The notes beneath the pieces were generated by a model. The model had not been told where the DNA came from and did no database searches. It worked only from the letters and a program-made list of their open reading frames with translations. Of a stretch of DNA of 64,000 bases, positions 23,701-35,700 are shown piece by piece. The DNA is taken from the NCBI GenBank assembly GCA_964057225.1, contig OZ059896.1, forward strand, positions 13,268,001 to 13,332,000, written 5' to 3'. The DNA comes from Auanema rhodensis. Its lineage: Eukaryota; Animalia; Nematoda. Position 1 is the stretch's first letter, and the number at the start of each line of letters is the position of its first letter. The position numbers and the translations under genes are program-made.

Positions 23701-26700
23701 GCTTGAGATGATATGGTGGTCTTCCACATCGTCATGCTCAGGTTGATCGAAGGTTGTTTCTGCTTGAGTTGTAACTGCAGGAGCAGTTTCATCTTCTTTC
23801 GGTTGGAATGAGGTTTCATGAATCTCGGTCGATTCAACGATATGAGGTGTATGAGATTGGACTTCTAAATGAGCTGGGCTGCTTGAGATGAGATCATGTT
23901 CTTCCACATCTTCATGTTCAGGTTGATCGAAGGTTGCTTCTGGTTGAGTAGTAACTGCAGGAGCAGTTTCATCTTCTTCCGGTTGGAACGATGTTTCATG
24001 AATCTCAGTTGTTTCAACGACATGGGATGTGTGAGAGTGAACTTCTGAATGAGCTGGGCTGCTTGAAATGAGATCATGGGCTTCCACATCTTCGTGCTGG
24101 GGTTGATCGAAGGTTGCTTTTGGTTGAGTTGTAACTTCATGAGCAGTTTCATCTTCTTTCGGTTGGAATGAGGTTTCATGAATCTCGGTCGATTCAACGA
24201 TATGAGGTGTATGAGATTGGACTTCTGAATGAGCTGGGCTGCTTGCGATGAGATCATGTTCTTCCACATCTTCATGTTCAGGTTGATCGAAGGTTGCTTC
24301 TGGTTGAGTAGTAACTTCATGAGCAGTTTCATCTTCTTCAGGTTGGAATGTGGTTTCATGAATCTCAGTTGTTTCAACGACATGGGATGTGTGAGAGTGA
24401 ACTTCTGAATGAGCTGGGCTGCTTGAAATGAGATCATGCTCTTCCACATATTCGTGCTGGGGCTGATCGAAGGTTGTTTCAACTTGAGTTGGAACTGCAG
24501 GAGCAGTTTCATGAATCTCAGTTGTTTCAACGATATGAGATGTATGAGAGTGAACTTCTGAATGAGCGGGGCTGCTTGAGATGATATGGTGACCTTCCAC
24601 ATCTTCATGCTCAGATTGATCGAAAGTTGTTTCAACTTGAGTTGGAACTTCATGAGCAGTTTCATCTTCTTCCGGTTGGAACGATGTTTCATGAATCTCA
24701 GTTGTTTCAACGATATGAGATGTATGAGAGTGAACTTCTGAATGAGCGGGGCTGCTTGAGATGATGTGGTGGTCTTCCACATCTTCATGCTCAGATTGAT
24801 CGAAAGTTGTTTCAACTTGAGTTGGAACTTGATGAGCAGTTTCATCTTCTTCTGGTTGGAATGAGGTTTCATGAATATCGGTCGAATCAACGACATGGGA
24901 TGTGTGAGAATGAATTTCTGAATGAGCTGGGCTGCTTGAGATGAGATCATGTTCTTCCACATCTTCATGTTCAGGTTGATCGAAGGTTGCTTCTAGTTGA
25001 GTAGTAACTGCAGGAGCAGTTTCATCTTCTTCCGGTTGGAACGATGTTTCATGAATCTCAGTTGTTTCAACGACATGGGATGTGTGAGAATGAATTTCTG
25101 AATGAGCTGGGCTGCTTGAGATGAGATCATGTTCTTCCACATCTTCATGTTCAGGTTGATCGAAGGTTGCTTCTAGTTGAGTAGTAACTGCAGGAGCAGT
25201 TTCATCTTCTTCCGGTTGGAACGATGTTTCATGAATCTCAGTTGTTTCAACGACATGGGATGTATGAGAATGAATTTCTGAATGAGCTGGGCTGCCTGAG
25301 ATGAGGTCATGGTCTTCCACATCTTCGTGCTCAGGTCGATCGAAGGTTGCTTCTGCTTGAGTTGTAACTTCATGAGCAGTTTCATCTTCTTCTGGTTGGA
25401 ATGAGGTTTCATGAATATCGGTCGAATCAACGATATGAGATGTATGAGAATGAATTTCTGAATGAGCTGGGCTGCTTGAAATGAGATCTTGGTTTTCCAC
25501 ATCTTCATGCTCAGGTTGATCGAAGGTTGCTTTTGGTTGAGTTGTAACTTCATGAGCAGTTTCATCTTCTTCCGGTTGGAAAGAGGTTTCATAAATCTCA
25601 GTTGTTTCAACTACATGAGATGTATGAGAATGAATTTCTGAATGAGCTGGGCTGCTTGAAATGAGATCTTGGTCTTCCACATCTTCATGCTCAGATTGAT
25701 CGAAAGTTGTTTCAACTTTAGTTGGAGCTTCATGAGCAGTTTCATCTTCTTCCGGTTGGAATGAGGTTTCATGAGTCTCAGTTGTTTCGACGACATGAGA
25801 TGTATGAGAATCAACTTCTGAATGAGCAGGGCTGCTTAAGATGGCATGGTGTTGTTCCACATCTTCATGCTGGGGTTGATCGAAGGTTGCTTCTGCTTGA
25901 GTTGGAACTCGATCAAACGACTTTCTTGTCTCTTCAGATCTTGATTCATAAGAAGAGGATGAAACATCATGTTCCTCTCCTGATTCTTCGTTTTTCAGTT
26001 TTTCATATGCAGCATGAGCACCAAGAGCTGCTAGCGCTACAGGTGAAGCAACTGCAGCTCCAGCAACAAGACCGGCTTTCTTCGTAAAGCCAAGCATTTT
26101 GTCAGTGAATTTCTCAGATTCTTCTTCTTCCACATTATCATTTTCAGTTAGAGCTGCTGGAACTTCAGTGTTGCTTACTTCTGCGATTCTTTTCTCAATT
26201 CCCATATCAGTTTTTCTTTCGGTCTTTTCTCCAGAAGCTACAGTTTCATATTCAGTTGATTCAACGACTTGAGATGTATGAGAATGAATTTGTGAATGAG
26301 CTAGGCTGCTGGGCGTATCTTCATGCTCAGGTTGATCGAAGGTCGTTTCAGATTGAGTTGGAACTTCATCGAATGACTTTCTTGTCTCTTCAGATGTTGA
26401 TTCATATGTAGTGTGGGGCACATCTCGTTTCATTTTTAATTTTTCGTCTCCTTCTGAAGGAATTGCTTTTTCAGCTGCAATATCGGCTTTGTTTGCAAGA
26501 TCCAGTTGTAGGTTAGAGTTTTCCTCTCTATGTTCTAATGTTGATATTATATTTTCCTGGGTAATGGTTTTGACCTGTTGTTTCTTCACTTCTGCTGTAG
26601 CAATTTCGTATGTAGAGGGCTTTAATGGCTCTAAATCTGCATCATTGTTTTGATCCTCGAAGCTACTTTCGTATTCATTCACAGAAGCAGGAGTTAACTG

Positions 26701-29700
26701 AATATCTTTTTTTGCTTCGAATTTTGCTATACGATCTTTCACAGAAACCACAGTTTCATCGGAGTCTGAAAATAAAAACATTATTATGTTGATTTCAAAT
26801 ATAAATTTTTGTAACAACTTGTAACAAACTTCAAAGATTTAAATATCACACTAGCTTTTTTATTGACTAATTTCATATTCGCTATAATACGTACTAAATA
26901 AATTTCTTAAAGTTCCTTTTTATTCTGTTTTTCAAGATTTAAATATTTTGCTAACTATTAGATATTTATATATTTATATATAAATAAATAATAATTAAAT
27001 AAATAGGTTTCTTTCTTTTTATTTTTTGGTCTTTGTTTGGATCTCAGTTTACTTTTTTTGTAATTCTGAACCACTAATTCAGAACTAAGAACTTGACTTT
27101 AATTTCTCAGTTTGCTTTTTGATATTACTGTTTGAATGAATGAAAGATTTTATTTTTAATTAATAATAATTATAATGTTCGAATTTCATATTTTTTCAAA
27201 TTTCTAATATAAGTTCCAATTTCTATTGCAATCGTAGTCTATTATTTTGATCTTGTGCTATTTCTTTTATTTTGAGATCATTCAGTTGTAAATGAAATAT
27301 GAAAATATTAAGATGTTTCATGAAGTAAATATACTATTTTTCTGTTTTTACAGATTATTATATGAAGTTTTTTTTCAGAACAATGCATACGATATTAATT
27401 AAAAACCAATACTAAAGCTAGTGTGACATTTTAAATCCACTTTCAGTCATATATCCAAGTGTTGAGCCCTTACTCACCATCGTTAGGTGTTTGTTCGGAA
27501 TCTCCTGAAACTAACAAATATACTGCGAACATAAAATAAAAATATTCAAATAATATTGATTTTTCCTTTTTCATAAAAATCTCAAATCGAATGTTAACTC
27601 TCACCAGGAAGAGTTGTTCGGGTGGTTGTAACAACTCGCGTCATCTTCTTTGATACAACAACGCTGCCATCTTCATTTGTGAATCCTTCTTCTGCTGTTT
27701 CTTTCTTTTGAGTGGTGCCTGCAATTTTTTGAATAATAGCATATTTCTCGATGATTCAATCAATTCAATCTAATGAGTACAGATATTTACAGGAACAATC
27801 TACGGTTTACAACGATCGATATCTTATAAAACTTACCACTGTCAGCTGTTGGGTCCGATGTAGCAGATGCTGAAACAATAGATAAAGTTATATATACATC
27901 GAATATAATTAAATGTTTAAGATTTCAATTTTACTTTATGCAAAACTTAAAAGAGCAAGATTCAATATTAGCAACGTTTTTCAATTCTACAACAAACTAT
28001 TGAATGGCATACTCAAACTGTCCAACATTTGCTGATGAAGTTCACGAATTTTTCCAGTATCCAATCCAACCATTCCAGGAGTTTCAGTTTCATATACGGT
28101 TTTCGTTGTTGTTGTATGACGACTTTGGTTTACACGAATTTGAACATCGCGTCCTGGGCCGGCAATAGATAGAGCTTCTGCTACGGCATTGGACACTGCT
28201 GGATCAGCAGGAGTAACAGCTCCTGCGACTCTGAGCTCGGCTTCCAAATCTTTTAGGCGTTGGACGGCATTCTCATGTTGTGTGGGGGCTGACATTTGTA
28301 GTTCGCGTAATGTGAAAAGAAGGTTAGACAGTACTTTTTCTGCTTCTCCACAATTAGGATTAGACTGCGATTCAGTTTCTTGAGTTGGGAAACATGAAAT
28401 CTTCTGGATATCTTGATGGTCTTTAATGTCAAGATGATCTTCTTCTTCAGCTTCAAGCAATGGAGCCTGTGGAACTGTTGGGTGGAAAAAGTGAACCAGA
28501 GGTATACCTTTGGGGTCCACGTTGAGCAATGCAGCTGCTAGTGAAGCACTTCGTTCTCTCTCGAACTGGCCGCTGCTAGCGATGGGCGTGTCATCCTCAG
28601 TGTCAGTCGTATCTTGGTGATGCAAATGTGGATGATCAAATGATGTTAGCAACGATGGAATATCTTCAACCTCTGTTTCAGCGTGTTCACCAGACCAGGA
28701 CTCTGCTTCGAAAGTTGTTGGCTTTTCCATCTGAACTCTTGTAGTGGAAATAACATTATCGTTCAAACTAGATGAAGGAGTCGAGGAATCAGAAGATGTG
28801 GAGATAACTCCTCCATACAATAGTTGGCCATTAGCAGAGAGGCCGAATACAACAGGTAACGACGACATCAGGAATTGAACTGGCTAGCGAAACAGCTGAC
28901 AGAACCCAAGCATTGCTGCTTTAACAAAATCCAATGAAGAGGCGGAGATTCTCTTCATTCTGTCTGCTCCACAAATAACACTTATTATGATACAACCTGT
29001 CTCTTCCGTTTTCTTATTCTTTCACAGCCTTTGAACTCCTTCATTCTCAACTTTACACATAATGTTGTGAGAAACATCATACGACGGACGCAGCTGGATA
29101 ACATACAGAAAACTTACTCAAAACGATAAAATAGAAAGAAGCTTTAAGTTTATTTAAAAAATCCTTAATATAGCTTTAGCTATCAAAATCCTAGCGTTGA
29201 TAACAGGTAAAATCAGTTGTAAAAATGAAAACGCTGCTAACCTTGAACTTGCTAATTTTGAACCTATTTTTATACGAGAAATCAATTCTATCGACATATA
29301 AAATATTAAAAATAAAGTTTGGGTACTTGTTAATTAGTTACGACATAAATAGTGAATGTGGCATAAGCTAGTGTGTGGTAACTTACAAATTATGCGTGAT
29401 TTGATGCGCGAGCTAAAAATGGAAAAAAGAGAATGACATAATCTTGTCACACGGGTCTCAGAGCGAGCTTGAAATGTACGAATACGGTGTAAGTGCAAAA
29501 AGTGTTTTGCTTATTCAAGAAACTGCAGATGCTAACTAATACAGTGAAGATAGTCAAACATATCAGAATAATTAATACGGATGAACAGCATCATAGACAT
29601 GAGAGGTTTATTTCTTTTATCGGCTACCTTGTTGTTCACTTCCATCCTGATCTGATAGCTCATCTTGATTAGTTCCTGCATGATTGTCAGTGGTAGTTGG

Positions 29701-32700
29701 TTCTGGAATTGTAGCGTTTTAGCTTCGCAAACAGATTAATGAATCGAAAGTAACATATTGATTTTACATATCTAAACTAATTAACAGGTTATGCTAAGCT
29801 AGATGAACTTCAACAGGTTATGTGTTAAGTGTGCTATGCCGAAGTATTCAAAATATATTGCAAGAGGCATTCAAAGAACAAAAGAAAAGAGAAAACTAAC
29901 CGTTTTCAGTGTCAGTGATGTGGCTTAAAACAGTTGTGACAGTAGTTACAATAGTACCATCATCTTCTTGATGTTGTTCTTTTTCGATGTGTTGATCCAC
30001 TTTGGCAGGTACATCCACATTTTCTGGATCTTTACCAGCTGCGAAGTCTTCTTCAGCCAAACGATTTAGTTCTTGCCATCTAAGTGAAGAAGAATTAATA
30101 CAAATACTTTAATAATAATAATGACAAATATTTATCTCTAAACATACTTGGTTTGTTCCTCTTCATTTAATGGTACACGTCGATCAACGATATTTTCATT
30201 AACCGCTACATCATCTTCATATGTTGTAGTTATTGTCCGTTCTTCGACAATTGGCCCTTGATCAGTGTCATGTACATGACGTTCAGTTCGAACAACTGTT
30301 CGAATTTCAGAAATTGGTTCTGAAAATTGTAAATAACACCTTATATTGTTTTTATTCTGCCAACCTTCCTCTTCTGGAATTGGATGGTTCAGAGACTCAT
30401 TCGTCTCAGAATATGACACAGGCTCGGCTTGTTCTAACTGAGGTACCGGTCCTTCTTTTGCAACCCCAGTGTCAGATTTGGAAGCAAATGCGGTACTTTC
30501 TTCCACTACGTTTTCTTTAATGGGCATTTTAAGAGGTGTAGAAGATGAGACATCGGCTAATTTAGCAGTTTCAAATTGCTTCGATGATGGTGAATCAGAT
30601 CCAAAATTCAATGTATCTGTATCACCATGAGCAATACTACGAACAATATCATCTCGACCGATTCTACGAAGAGCAGAATCGAGATTTTCTTCTGAAAATT
30701 AAAAGAAATAAAGAAAAAAACCAAAAGGAAACACACGATTAGCGTCTGTCTTCTTCAAGTGAATCCAGATCTTTAAAACGTGAGGCAATTCTTTTCCTGG
30801 GTAGTTTTGACGGATGTGCTGGATATCTCTATGCGGCAATTCTAACGCGCGAGCTAAACGAGACCAATCTGGCCCAACTGCTTTCAGTACATTACTATGA
30901 ACAAAAACAGGAAGTTCCTAAAAAAAAGAGAAAATGAGAAGATACATTTTCATCAAAATATACCTCATCAAATGCTCCTTTGTATTTTTCATTAAATGGT
31001 GTAACATCTTGTTTGCTTACAGCTGGAATATCACTTCCATATTCCGGAAGAGTTACCGCTAATGTGCATATAGGTGACTGAGGAGCCAACGAATCAGATC
31101 GCAACTTAGGTTCTTTCATGAATGATATGCGTCCTTCCGTAACTACTTCGGTGTTATCCTTATTCTTTGTCTGAAAACGGAAAATTGTACTTATATAATA
31201 AAAAATGGCATACTTTGATCATGAAAGCCAATCTGTTCTCTTGGAAAGGAATGAAATACAGGCTGAGCTGGTCCCCGCTCTTTGTAACAGGCATGAGATT
31301 TCCAGAAAATTCCAAAAATTGATGCTTGCCTTTCAGAACTTCAACATCCTTAGATTTAGCGATTAACTTGAAATGTTCCTGCTTTTCCAAGGTCTTATCT
31401 TCCTTATCATCTGTCATACAGAATACTCGTAACTGTCCTTCAATAGGGAAAGTACGACGAGCGAATATAGCAAATTTAGCCATGTATGGAATACTAATAG
31501 CTTCGTTGTATACTTCTTGAGCCATACGCGCAGCATCACGAGGTGTTTGACAATCCATAAGCCAGAAGCGAGCAGAGACGGTAGTTGTAAAATTAACTTC
31601 ATCTCCAGTAAAAGTTAACTGTGTTGTTCCAGTAATATCCTCCCATTGTGCTGGGGCTGAACCACCGGTGATAGAGCACAAAAGACGCAATGTAGGCGGT
31701 TCCTGTCCTGGTTGTCCTGAATACTGAGTTAGCATACCCTTATTACTACTCTGTGGGAGAGGGATGCAAAGAGTAATGGGCTTGTGGAATTTCCTTCTTC
31801 GTGGCTCAACGGTTACGATTGGAGAAACCGCAACACGATTACCATGCAAACGAGTAACCATTTCTTGAGGCACTGGTTGCGCTTGGACTGATACCTTGAT
31901 GGTCTTAGTTAACGATCCATCAGGGAAAATGGCTTGGACTCTGGGAACCACAGAAGACATTATAACTCCTCCTTCAGGTCCAACACAGTGCACTTCTTGC
32001 CTTACTCTTGTAACAACGGCGAAGTACATGGGAAAATCATTCGTTAGAATTCGAGTTATACGAGGTGTGTGTAAGTCGTCTAGTTGAGCCAACTCTTCCG
32101 CATCGAAAGATTCGTTCAAAACTTCTTGCACAGCATCTTCTGTTGCTTCCAACTGATGTTCTTTCCAATGTTGTCCATCATCAGATCGGAGAATGACAAT
32201 TTCTCTTTCGCGATCTCGAAGCGAAGCAAAGTGCGGCACCTCTAATATGACAGGACCGAGGAATTTGGCACCTGCTGGAGCCATTTCTAAAATACGTGAA
32301 GCTAATTCTTCACCTTCACTCAATGGTGGTGGATGAGCTAATTTTTCCTAAAAATGTATATAAAAGGAAGGAAATGAACAAAGAAAAACTACCTTCCTCA
32401 AATATCGACAGGTAACACGAACTGGTTGCGCTGCTTTTCTGGGAGGAACGATAATGCGAACACCAGAATGCCGGCATCCTCGCATTGCTCCTCCTCTTGC
32501 GTCCACAAGGAATGATATAAGGAATCTGAAATGGATCCCATAATAAAGAAAATGAAAAGAAAATGTGAATTTTCCACAAACAACTACAAAGACACCAGAC
32601 ACAAATTTCAACACTTCAACCGCCAGAGAATATTTAAAAACTGTTTTAACCAGTTTTTAGTAAAGCATTCGTGCTTAGCGAGGGGTGGAAAGAACAAAAA

Positions 32701-35700
32701 TGAGAAGCAGTGGCAATGTGGAGCAACCAACTTGTTCCTTCTTATGCAACCATTTGTAGATTAGTGAGTTTGTCATCCATTATCAGATATCCATCTATCC
32801 AAATGCCAATGCTTCAGATTTTGATAAAGGGTTTTCTCGGCGGTTGACGTATTGACATCAGAAAGAGATTTTTAAGCAATATTTGCAATAGAAAATTTAA
32901 AGAAAGAGCGGAAAAAACTAGAAATAGGAAAGTCTACATAGGTATATCTCTATAAGAGTTACATAGGAAAATTGGTAATATTATACAATATATATACATA
33001 TATATTGAACAAGAGACAACAATACTTACGTCTTGTGCTGCAGCTTGCTGGAAGAAAATAAAAATATTGAACAAAATGTTATGTAAATGGTTCGTGAGAA
33101 TCAAAGTTTATAAAATTTATAAGCAAAAACCCATATGTTTGAACAAATGATTCTCAAACGGCATGTGTGCATACAAATCTCTCATACATCAGCATACTCT
33201 AGTTAGATTTTAGAAATGTTATTGTAAAATCAACATAGATAATTTTAAAAATAAATAAGAAAACATACCTTGGTTGAGCTACATTATGTCCAATAGGAAT
33301 GTTATCATTAATAGTATTATTCATTACAGATTCATCATGAGTTGCAGTTCCTGCGGCTGCAGCATAGAGTGGCTGATTCTAAAAAAAGCAGTTGGTTACA
33401 AAACTCAAAACTAAAATAAGTAGAAACTCAAATACTTACCTGTGCTTTTCTGATTAGCTCGTCTAAGTTATCATTAGCATGAGTACTAGGAGCAAGTTGC
33501 ATTCCATCAAGCTCAGCGCTTTTCGATAATAACTAAAAGCAATGATAGATGGCGGGCATTCAAGTATATAGTAAACCTGTTCACCAGTATGAATCATATG
33601 AACTCCAGTAGAATCCGATAAACCTTGTGTTAGATGATCCGAAAAGTCTTTCATATGAGCATTAACAGTCTGGAAATCAATTAGAGAATTATAATATTTT
33701 ATAGATTTCTTAAGAATACGATATGACAACATACTTCATGTTCAGCTGCTTGTCCTTCGTCCTCACTTTCAGAGAACATAGTTTCATTCATTCCTTCCGG
33801 ATTTTGTGGTTTGTAACGTTCGTCTGTTACTGTAGTAGTTTCTGTGATGACAGTTGTTTCCGTCACTGTTTTCAGTGTTTCAACCACTGATACATATCCT
33901 AGCCTTTGCGCAATAGACAAAGGAGTTTGTCCAGTCTGTAAATAGCAAAGTAATACACTAAGAAAAAGTTCTCTTACAGCAGTTTGAGCATTTGGAGAAG
34001 CTCCATTTTCCAATAAGAACTTCACACAATGATTATGACCTTGCTGAGCGGCTTGATGCAGAGGTGTGTAACTAGCCCTTGTCACCTCACCAACATGAGC
34101 ACCTCGTTCAACAAGGAACTTGACCTGCAATAAATAAATAAATTAAATAATATGAATACATTTGTAGAAACAAACCATATTTAATTGACCGAAATGACAT
34201 GCAACATGCAATGGGGTATACCCCGCATTAGTTTGACTGTTAATATCTGCTCCATGATTGGCCTGTAAGAAATTCAAGTTTAAATAGAATAAGTATGTGG
34301 CAACTTACTAATTCTTCAGCCACAGAAACATGGTCTTCTTGAGCACATAAATGCATAGCCGTCAAGCCATTGTTAGCTTTAGCTCCTACATTTGAGCCAC
34401 TTTCAATAAGAAGACCAGAAATCTCACGATGACCTTCTTGGGCAGCCAAATGAAGTGGAGTGAAGCCAGCTCGTGATTTAGCATTTGGATCAGCGTTGAA
34501 TTGAAGCAAAGTACTGGCGATTTCCATTTGATTTTTTTTAGCGGCAATATGAAGCGGGGTATATCCATTTTTGGCAGCAGCTTTAGCAGATGCACCTTTT
34601 TCCAGAAGAAGCATAGCGACCTAAAACTTAATTTACAAACCTTTATTTTAAAAATAACTCACTTTGTCATTATTATAGTGAGCAGCAACATGAAGAGGTG
34701 TAACTTGGTTCTTTCCTTCAACATCTACCGGACAACCTCTATCCAACAAAAGCTTCACTACATCTACATTTCCATACTTAGAAGCCAAATGAAGAGGTGT
34801 GAAGCCCTTTTTGGTTAACACAGACATTTCTGCTTTGTGGTCCAGAAGTATATGAGCAACTTCTTCCTGACCCTCCTGCAAATCACAAGATCAGAACGAT
34901 TAGTGTGCTTTAAACGAACTTTAGCAGCTATATGCAGCGAAGTGTACTGATCTCTGGTAGCAGCGTTTGGATTAGCACCAGCTTGTAAAAGCAAAACTAC
35001 GATATCGGTATTACCAAGACGACTGGCAATATGAAGAGGAGTCTGAAGTTCACGAGCCTGAGCGTCAACCTGAAAAATTAAAAATATTTTAAATTTAGTT
35101 ATCAAGTCATTACCTTTGCTCCATTTCTTATTAACACCCGAACAACATCAGTTTGATTTGCACGTGCTGCAAGATGAAGAGGTGTTTCACCACGCACAGT
35201 GGCAACATCAGCATTGGCTCCCTTTTGAGCAATTAAGTAAGAGGAAAAAAATTATTAGAGATACCTGCTGAAGTAAATAAATAACAATATTGATTGCTCC
35301 CATAAATGATGCGACGTGTAGAGGTGACAACCCAGACTCAGTAGTAGCTTCGATAGCCGCATGATATTTCAAAAGCAATTCAACAACCTAAAACAAAGTA
35401 TAAGGATCTCCTTGAATATTTCATAATGTTGTAAAATGAAAACAGCAAAGAATAAATAATTCGCAAAGAAGATATTTCGAATGGAAATCTCACCTTGATT
35501 CTATTTTTCTTACAAGCGATATGAAGAGGCGTAAAGCCATTTAAAGCTCGAGCATTTGGATCTGCACTACGATCCAATAACAATTTAGCGACGCGAACAT
35601 GTCCACAATGGGCTGCTACATGAAGTGGTGTTAAGTAATCCACTGTTACATCATCTACAGGTGCACGATGATATAACAAAATCCTGGCAGAATCTACATG

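Noticed and set aside
14328-25814. Long alternative-frame minus ORFs (722, 558, 543, 367 aa) and plus-strand ORFs within the giant exon
   Set aside because: They are by-products of a repeat unit that lacks stops in a second frame. They are broken by sporadic stops while only the ankyrin frame stays open throughout.
26766-26817. N-terminus ([17 protein letters not shown]) of the 4898-aa ORF as a stand-alone gene start or signal peptide
   Set aside because: It is intronic sequence upstream of the ttttcag acceptor. The ORF is an internal exon of unc-44.
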